Assembly: GCA_951406725.2 (NCBI GenBank)
Contig: OX597823.1
Span: 112,964,001 to 113,028,000, forward strand
Length of the DNA: 64,000 nucleotides
Direction of reading: 5' to 3'
Origin: Octopus vulgaris
Lineage: Eukaryota
Part shown: piece by piece, positions 55,331 to 64,000 of the stretch
Position numbering within the stretch: position 1 is the stretch's first letter
Layout of the letters: every line of letters begins with the position of its first letter
Made by a program: the position numbers and the translations under genes
Notes under the pieces: model-generated
The model's input: only the letters and a program-made list of their open reading frames with translations
Told to the model about the DNA's origin: nothing
Databases searched by the model: none

Positions 55331-55807
55331 TCACTCAGGAAAGAACATTGATAGCATTTTGTCAATTTGACCCCATTTTCGGTTGGCAGGGAGAACCTTT
55401 TTAACAGCGCTATCGCTCTTGAACTCACAGAACTGGGAATTCTCCCGTTCTGCTGCCAGTTGCGCTAGATATCTGCCAACTCTCCAAAGAATCTGCCCTA
55501 TAAAAGTAAAGTACGTAAACGTATTACTAATATTATTTCAAATTTGCTGATAAGGAGTATTGAAAAAGGCAACATACCGATGGAAAACAAGAGAAGAAAC
55601 AACATAATTCCGAAGCGGTCGATGTTCCTGTCTTGCGATTATCCCAACATTTTTTTAATGTTTTATTCGGCGTTCTCCTTTCTGTCTTCCTTTTTTGTAA
55701 GAGTTAAATGTTATCTGAGGAAGACTTGACTGCCTTTGTATTCTTAGATTTAGATTTTCTCTGCTTTTCATTGCTTAATTTCTTAGACAATACATTGCAT
55801 ATATAAC

Positions 55808-56228
55808 GCGGCGAGCTGGCTGAATCGTTAGCGCGCTGGGTGAAGTGCTACGCGGTATTCCGCCCGTCGTTACGTTCTTCGTTCAAATTCCGCCGAGGTC
55901 GACTTTGCCTTTCATCCTTTCGGGGTCGAGTAAAAAAAGTACCAGTTACTCACTGGGATCGATATAATCGACTTAATTCGTTTGCCTGTCCTTGTTTGTC
56001 CTCTCTGTGTTTAGCCCTTTGTGGGTAGTAAAGAAATAGGTATTTCGTCTGCCGCTACGTTCTGAGTTCAAATTCCGCCGAGGTCGACTTTGCTTTTCAT
56101 TCTCTCGGGGTCGATTATATAAGTACCAGTTACGCACTGGGATCGATGTAATCGACTTAATCCCTTTGTCTGTTCTTGTTTGCCCCCGCCCCCATGCTTA
56201 GCCCCCTTATTTATCAATAAAGAAATAA
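55808..56228 (+). mobile_element. SINE family A head-to-tail dimer
   Basis: The second unit restarts at GTATTTCGTCTGCC (56040; period 185), the same junction as the 13513 dimer. Imperfect TSD AATA..TTGCATATATA at 55789-55805 and 56228-56244. Confidence 0.88.
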
Positions 56229-56499
56229 ATATTTTGCATATATATAAATTTCCAACGCTTACATCGTTTCAAGGCAGACACACTCCAAACCACCGACGCA
56301 AAGGAACATATTGTTCAGTGTCTAAGTGAAGGAAAGGTAGCAGTCATGATATTTTTCAGCTTTCCATCACTGGTAGGAAGAAGAAGAGCAACCGAGGTAC
56401 ATGTCAAGGATACCATGAACTAGTAGGGAAAGGGAAGTAACTATGACACGCTTGAGGGATTCTAGGATTGAAAGGCCGAAGGGAAGTAGCTATGATTTG

Positions 56500-57110
56500 A
56501 GGGCCTTTAAGATCCTGGGATGAAGGAAAGCAGATTGACATTCTTAAGAGGTCTCATGTTGATGAGAATAAGTGCTGTAGTCATGATAATATTTAAAGCT
56601 TCAATGACTGGTAGATAGCTTAGGAAGCCTTTCATGAAGAAGGCAGTACGAAAATCTTCAGAGCCTCCAAGATTAATGGGCGAAATGACAATACCTATGA
56701 AACACTCCAGCTCTGAAATGGTCGGTAGGATAAAGGATAGCAGTAATAAAACTCTTCGCGGCTCTGGTGACATATGAGAAATAATTTAGCAGCCGGAGCT
56801 ATCTTCAGTTGTTCATAGACTGATGTCACACCCTCGACATTCCACAAAAATTCCACGTATGGCACTATTCTCAGTCTAGTTACCTGGCTCAAATACGTAA
56901 AATAAAGAGGTCGCAGCTACATGTAGCTAAAGGTTAATGTTGATATTAAACCGGGAGACTCCTGTACGTGACTGTTTTGTTCCGAATTAATCCCAATTAT
57001 AACGATTTTTGACAGAAGACCTTCAACATTTGAGCAGGCTATATTTTGTGCATAAATTACTACATTCTCCATTGTATTTCGTTTGGTTTTATGGCTGCCG
57101 AACATGAGTT
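56500..57110 (-). mobile_element. possible very decayed CR1/Jockey-type LINE 3' region
   Basis: Scattered minus-strand motifs (LYFTYLSQV, LSYR, GVFHRYCH, SFIPG) resemble LYKAQVRP, L.HRR, VFYRY and SFFPR in the expected order. Confidence 0.3.
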
Positions 57111-57378
57111 CAGTAAGATTTAGCTGAAAAGTCCGCGTTGTAGTTGAGGAAACTCGTCAAGTATTTGAGAGGAGGTAAAACTACAAAATTTGAGGTTTAT
57201 CAGTGGATTATTCGACAGATCAGATTATTACCTTAAACCTGGTTATAAAATGTAGGATAATATGTGTGTAACTCAGTGAGTTATGTACGTGTGCATGTGA
57301 CTGCTTTTCCAACATTCAAAAGTTATATCGACAGCAAAGTTTTATAACTATCAATAACAACATCATTCCGACAAAAAT

Positions 57379-57504
<126 letters not shown>

Positions 57505-57584
57505 CAATATCACCGCTACTGTCGTTCTAATTAACTAAATACAATGGTGAAACAAATGACAGAACTGTATCCAGACTGAAGATG

Positions 57585-57821
57585 AGGCGGCGAGCTGGCA
57601 GAATCGTTATCACGCCGGGCGAAATGCGTAGCCGTATTTCGTCTGTCGTTACGTTGTGAGTTCAAATTCCGCCGAGGTCGACTTTGCCTTTCATCCTTTG
57701 GGGGGTCGATAAATTAAGTACCAGTTACGCACTGGGGTCGATGTAATCGACTTAATCCGTTTGTCTGTCCTTGTTTGTCCTCTCTGTGTTTAGCCCCTTG
57801 TGTGTAATAAAGAAATAGGTA
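57585..57821 (+). mobile_element. SINE family A
   Basis: TSD CCAGACTGAAGAT at 57571-57583 and 57822-57834. Confidence 0.92.
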
Positions 57822-57956
57822 CCAGACTGAAGATAACACATCTAGATTTTCATGTTTTACCGACTTAATTCACGGCTTTAATGACTTAATCCTCTGGGTC
57901 AGGATTTACAGAATTAATCGAAGCAACTTAAAGTATCGAAACAGAATCCAATGATA

Positions 57957-58380
57957 GGCGCAGGAGTGGCTGTGTGGTAAGTAGCTTGCTAACCAACCAC
58001 ATGGTTCCGGGTTCAGTCCCACTGCGTGGCATCTTGGGCAAGTGTCTTCTGCTATAACCCCGGGCCGACCAATGCCTTGTGAGTGGATTTGGTAGACGGA
58101 AACTGAAAGAAGCCTGTCGTATATATGTATATATATGTATATGTGTATGTGTGTGTGTTTGTGTGTCTGTGCTTGTCCCCCTAGCATTGCTTGACAACCG
58201 ATGCTGGTGTGTTTACGTCCCCGTCACTTAGCGGTTCGGCAAAAGAGACTGATAGAATAAGTACTGGGCTTACAAAAGAATAAGTCCCGGGGTCGAGTTG
58301 CTCGACTAAAGGCGGTGCTCCAGCATGGCCGCAGTCAAATGACTGAAACAAGTAAAAAAGAGTAAAAAAAGAGTAAAAAG
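57957..58380 (+). mobile_element. SINE family B (short internal microsatellite)
   Basis: Full head and (GAGTAAAAA)n-like tail; collinear with the 7142 and 42349 copies. Confidence 0.92.
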
Positions 58381-58669
58381 AGATAACATTGGATTCTTAG
58401 AGTTCGAAAGCATATCGTCGACATTTCCCCCCTTCGTGGTTAGGGCACCAGATAACTATTCCTCACCGTTGCTATCGTGACTCCTTGACTCCTTTCTTTC
58501 TCGCCCAGGCTCTTTTTCTGTCCCTTCCTGTATTTATCTTTGTAAATACACACGCACACACAAACACACAAGAAGAGATATTTTCGTACCTACGTTAATA
58601 TATTCGGACAGATAATAGAGTGTAAAAACAAAAAATGAAGATAAACTCACGTACTTATAAATTAAGTTA

Positions 58670-58732
58670 ATGACATACATACCAATACACACACGTATAC
58701 ATATATGTGCATACATACATACATACATACAT

Positions 58733-58772
<40 letters not shown>

Positions 58773-58812
58773 AGATATATTTATGGATATGTAAGTATAT
58801 ATATAATATATA

Positions 58813-58853
<41 letters not shown>

Positions 58854-59306
58854 GTATATATGTATCTATATACACACACACGCACGCACATACACATACG
58901 CACATACACGGATATGTTTTACATATTCCCACACACACCCATAGACAATAAGACAGTTATTTTGCGATATTATAATTTGTGATTTTCCTCTGGAGGCGAG
59001 ATGTTTTTTTACGCTAGAGACTTTAGATAAAGTCTTGAAGTTAGTGACACTATCGGTGATAAACTTGTGAATTTGAGCGGAAGTCTGATATGATCGCTTA
59101 GTTTAGTCTTTGAATAGTCATTTATTTAGCTTTTGCTTTTTGTATTTTTAACTAGATTTTTCTTATCTCGATTTGTTGCTGTCCGCGTTGGCTGTTATTG
59201 GCAGTGACTGTGTTGATGAAATTGTTTATTTTCTTTTCTAAATTTGTCTTTGAATGACTAAGTGTATTGATATGTTGAGACCTCCAGAAGAAATAAATAT
59301 CATATT

Positions 59307-59387
<81 letters not shown>

Positions 59388-59408
59388 GTATGTATGTATG
59401 TATGTGCA

Positions 59409-59470
<62 letters not shown>

Positions 59471-59494
59471 TTTATGTATGTATGTATGTATGTG

Positions 59495-59540
<46 letters not shown>

Positions 59541-60128
59541 GTTATATATATATATATACATACATGCATATATATATATATGTAGGTGTGTGTTCGTTTG
59601 TGTGTATGCGCGCTAGTCTGTGTATACATACATATATGTACACTCATGCAGACATAAGCATACGCACGTATATATGTGAACATACATGGAAATATATATA
59701 TATATATACATACTTGTGTGTATGTGTGTGATAGGGCATCAACAACCAACAAGCAGAAATTACAGAGTTCACCTAGAATTGTCTGGAACACTTCGTAACA
59801 GCTCTATAACTGCTTAGTAAAAATCCATATTCTCTCATACGATATGGATAACAGGTACACACACACTTCACATAATCACATAAGTGATCGCGTCCATGAA
59901 TAACACCTCAACTCTCATACACGCATATGTATATATAAGTGTGTGTGTGTGTGTGTAAAAAAGAATCTTTGTAAACATTTCACAACAACTATAAAAATTA
60001 TATAAATAGCTGTTTTTTTAAATATATATATACAGAACAAAGACACACTACAAAATGGATGTATGTAACTATTAAACTGTTTAGCATGCGTCAACAGTTT
60101 TGTACACCTGTTTAGTTATATAACACAT

Positions 60129-60173
<45 letters not shown>

Positions 60174-60176
60174 TAC

Positions 60177-60215
<39 letters not shown>

Positions 60216-60220
60216 CATAT

Positions 60221-60312
<92 letters not shown>

Positions 60313-60330
60313 ACACACACACATATGTAT
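58670..60330 (+). repeat. microsatellite-rich region, (TA)n/(TACA)n/(TG)n
   Basis: Direct reading of the sequence. Confidence 0.9.
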
Positions 60331-61765
60331 ATAGTAGAATAACACGAACACTGTATGGTATCTAGTTATGCTATTTGTCTTCTCATAATGACCACTAACA
60401 CACCTTTTCACAGAGTATTCGCTTATGTATACTCTTAATTATTCTATTCTTACCGAGATAAGTTTCCAAAGGTTTTCGACTGTTGGATACATAATGTCAG
60501 GTTTAGTTTTCTGCATTACCATTAGCCTATATGTTCTGCTTACTTTTTTTTATTAATCTGAAGGTATGTATGTGTGTGAGTGCGTGTGCTTGTGTCTTTA
60601 TAGATGTGTTCGTGAGAGCGTGGCTGTGTACGAGTGAGCATGTGATTGTATACGTATGTAAATATATGTGTATATTTATGTGAATGTATGTGTATATGCT
60701 TCGGAGATGCAATGATTCTGAGTTGATTGTACAGAATCTTTGCGTCCCCAGCACCATGCTGCGGATAATAATACCTGTTACACCGAAGCACGTATCTAAC
60801 TAGAGACGTACGAATAGTTTTGTCATTTACATATCGTCGCTGAATAGCGTTCCAGCAGATATTCAAATAATGCACAAACTTACCATATAAACTGTTGTTT
60901 TATCTCTCTTTATATGGGATATGATAACGTATTTTAGGAAATAAGAATAGAGAACAGAGCCACATTGAAAACCAAAGGAAAAATAAACCATACAAGGCAT
61001 TTCGTGTCTCGGGGCCAACTTTTCTGTTTCGTGTCTACGACTACATTATTGTGTGTGCTTTTTTTTGGTTTATCTTGTTTTGTTCTGGTTTGAAAATAGT
61101 GTGTTTTTATTTGATGGAGATTTCGCTGCTTATTTTAGCTGGTTGAACTGTTACTTTAAGCAGAATTATTCCGAAATCTTCACCACATGCTGAATCAAGA
61201 CCCTCAGGATCTATCTCCATTTCCAACGCAACACAACCCAGATGGATAAGATGTATTTATCTCATCCACATACTTATTGCATATACGCACAATGAAATCT
61301 CAGCGTGCCCATTACTACATGCTTTAGTCGTAAACCACCGAACGCGTGGATACTTTTGGCACATGAACAGACTGCATTCCACATTACCCGCACACATGCA
61401 AAGCCCACCAGATGTATTGGACATAAACTCAACTACCCGCATCAATCAATTTGGCTATACCATACAGTATGTTTTTCACAAATCTGTAATAACAGGCGCA
61501 ATCACTCGACAAAACCAAACCGAAAGATCTGCACACATACACCACTACACACACACACACACACACAAACACGCAAAAATACACACACACACGCAAATAC
61601 AGTCAGCAAGCCTTGCATTCACACCCAAAGATACATACAAACAAACATATACACCGTGGTAGCCACGTATGCACAGAACTCTCTGGAGGGCACACCCAAT
61701 TTAGCATGAAATCACCACTTAAACTCATGTGTACAATATACGCAAAAAGCGAATGCTTTCACATC

Positions 61766-61823
<58 letters not shown>

Positions 61824-61837
61824 AGTTAATATTGAAC

Positions 61838-62032
61838 TTAAATTTTGGCGCAAGGACAACAATTTTGTTAAGCGGCGAAATCGATTACAACACCCGAGTT
61901 CTTATTTTGTCGATTTCGAAAGGATGAAAAGCAAATTCGATTTCGACAGTATTTGAACTCAGAAAATAAAGACGGACGAAATGCCGCTAAGCATTTTGCC
62001 CGGCGTGCTAACAATTCTGCCAGCTCGCCACC
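61838..62032 (-). mobile_element. diverged SINE family A'
   Basis: TTTGAACTCAGA..GACGAAATGCCGCTAAGCATTTTGCCCGGCGTGCTAAC..CTGCCAGCTCGCCACC. Confidence 0.78.
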
Positions 62033-63149
62033 TTATATCAATTAATATTACGAACTCCATATTGCACAGATGGTTGCTGGGACTAACCTACGCATACAAT
62101 ATGGACTATTACGTGTACTCTTTATGTGGACATATACACATAATACAGCTGCTCTGTGAACACACAAAAACCTGATCAATGACTGTACTGATGCTCACAT
62201 ATCCACACAAACACTCATACCCATGTATCAATCGGTTGTCCTATATTTTTTTAACACGTACGCATATTCACTCACCAACCTGGTAATAAACTGACTGAAG
62301 CTGACTGAAGGCATCAACAATAGAGAGCAACAGAAGCTACACTCCTCGAAACGTACAAACACATGCTAGAACTCACAATGGCCAAAATAATCACTGACTA
62401 CAAACCCTACTTTATTGCCCCGCCAGCAGAATTGCAAGCAATCTGACCTGATACAGGTTTAGTGCATGCACACAAAGATATGTGCACAACAGATGGCACA
62501 CTCACTCTTACTAGCCTTCCCATACTATCTTACCACCAGTCTGTAATATATACATGTACACAAACACAAAAATGATATGACAAATTAAAGCTTACAATAT
62601 TAGACAGTAAATGTGCGATACACTTTTATAAAAATATATTTTTGTCCCTCATTCAGTATTTTCATTTAGCATATCTTTTTATTGCTTCTCGTACACAGGT
62701 GCGCGCGCACACACACACACGTGCATAAACCAAACATAGACCAAAGTACTTCTATTAGTTGAAACCATACCATACTGTCAGGCACAGTACTAATATTCTA
62801 TTGTAGCTGATATGAGTGTGCTTTTCGTGGAAATATTATATTATGTTGATAGGGAGATGAAGCATCTCTTGCCTAGGTTCAAGAATGCTTGTGAGTACTG
62901 ATTAAACCTAGTGGATAAATTGGAGTGGGATAAACAAAATTATAGCACAAAGAGAAAACACTGAAAATGGGACGAGTTAGAAAAGTGCAAGAATGATTCA
63001 TGTGATTTAAAATGAGAGGAAAGATGTCCAAGAAAGATATCTGTCGTTAAGAAAACATGTAAAAAAGAATGTAGGAACGAAAATGTGAATATATATATAT
63101 AGACAGAGATTTTAATACTGTTTTTGTTTATCTCTGTATATTTTTAATA

Positions 63150-64000
63150 CTAGCTGACGTACCTGGTACTTCCTGGGAAAGCGGGACTTATCCCTTGGTT
63201 TCGTTCTCATAACTGTTTTGCTAATCCAATAACAACAATACGAAGTATGTAACTCTTAAAACGGTTTTTGTGCATTTACAGAGAATACCAAACTGTCTTA
63301 CATATGATCTTGTTTTTAGGAATTCCCAGTAAGTTAAGAATATTCAAATTGTAAAGAAGTCAGTTATGTAATAACATGAAATTAGTTACCCGATACTAAG
63401 AATTCAAATAAAGTAGCCCCGAAAAGAGTTTTATTGCGTTCCCAGAGAATATAGAACCTAGGAAGAAATACTAATAAGGTATGTATACTAAAATCATGAA
63501 GCATGCTACGTAATAACACGCTAATCAGATATGAGATATTATCTCATTCAAAGTAAATAACTCTGAAAAGAGCTTTTGTGCGTTCCCAGAGAATATTACC
63601 CTCAGTGGCACTAATGTTGGTATATTCGTGAATAAGTCACTAACCGAAATAATTGGATCTATTGTTTCGGAAGATACTATTTATTGTTTAAGGGCTGTAC
63701 TGGATAAATTGCGAAATTAACTCTAACAGTTCAAATACTAAGAAAAAAACATACTCAATTTGATTTATACCAAATGATTTAGGAAAATGAATGGGTTATT
63801 TCCCTTGGCTGTTAAAATGAAAAATATTAAATATATAAGGGTCCCTTCCAGGGGCCCTATTATAGATTTTTGCAACAAATCTGAGTATGCCATGAGACTT
63901 CCAAACATGAGTTCTACTCACGTGTCAAGGTTCGATAAAACGATGTAGGAGGAGTTAGCTAACAACTCCACAAACACACCCACAGGCAGAATTCCCCACA
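63150..64000 (-). mobile_element. Helitron-like element running off the window end
   Basis: A|CTAGCTGACGTACCTGGTACTTCCTGGG is a reverse-oriented CTAG plus hairpin remnant. The far end GTAGGAGGAGTTAG..ACAGGCAGA resembles the GTGGGAGGAGTTAGG..AGACAGACA block of the 19065-19570 Helitron. Confidence 0.55.

Overview
AT-rich, microsatellite-dense eukaryotic DNA with no intact host gene. Nearly all ORFs in the supplied track are translations of (TA)n, (CA)n, (TATC)n, (AAT)n or (AG)n tracts or of SINEs. From memory of cephalopod SINE families, the repeat content points to an octopus genome; this is inference, not a database result. The window holds about 25 tRNA-derived SINE copies from four families (called A-D here, many with target-site duplications, TSDs), five non-autonomous Helitron-like elements, three decayed Tc1/mariner elements and a Merlin-like MITE carrying telomere-type repeats. 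It also holds fragments of Hero-type, Dong/R4-type and L1/Tx1-type retrotransposons and the 3' end of a Penelope-like element (PLE). Three signals stand out. (1) Type-I hammerhead ribozyme motifs at 53417-53502, 45997-46060, 45338-45439 and a degenerate one at 23037-23080; three of them lie in the loops of long fold-back elements inserted in microsatellites. (2) Head-to-tail SINE dimers and a trimer with fixed junctions, each inside a single TSD. (3) A possible promoter plus signal-peptide first exon at about 11.7-12.25 kb, which would make the rest of the window one large intron.
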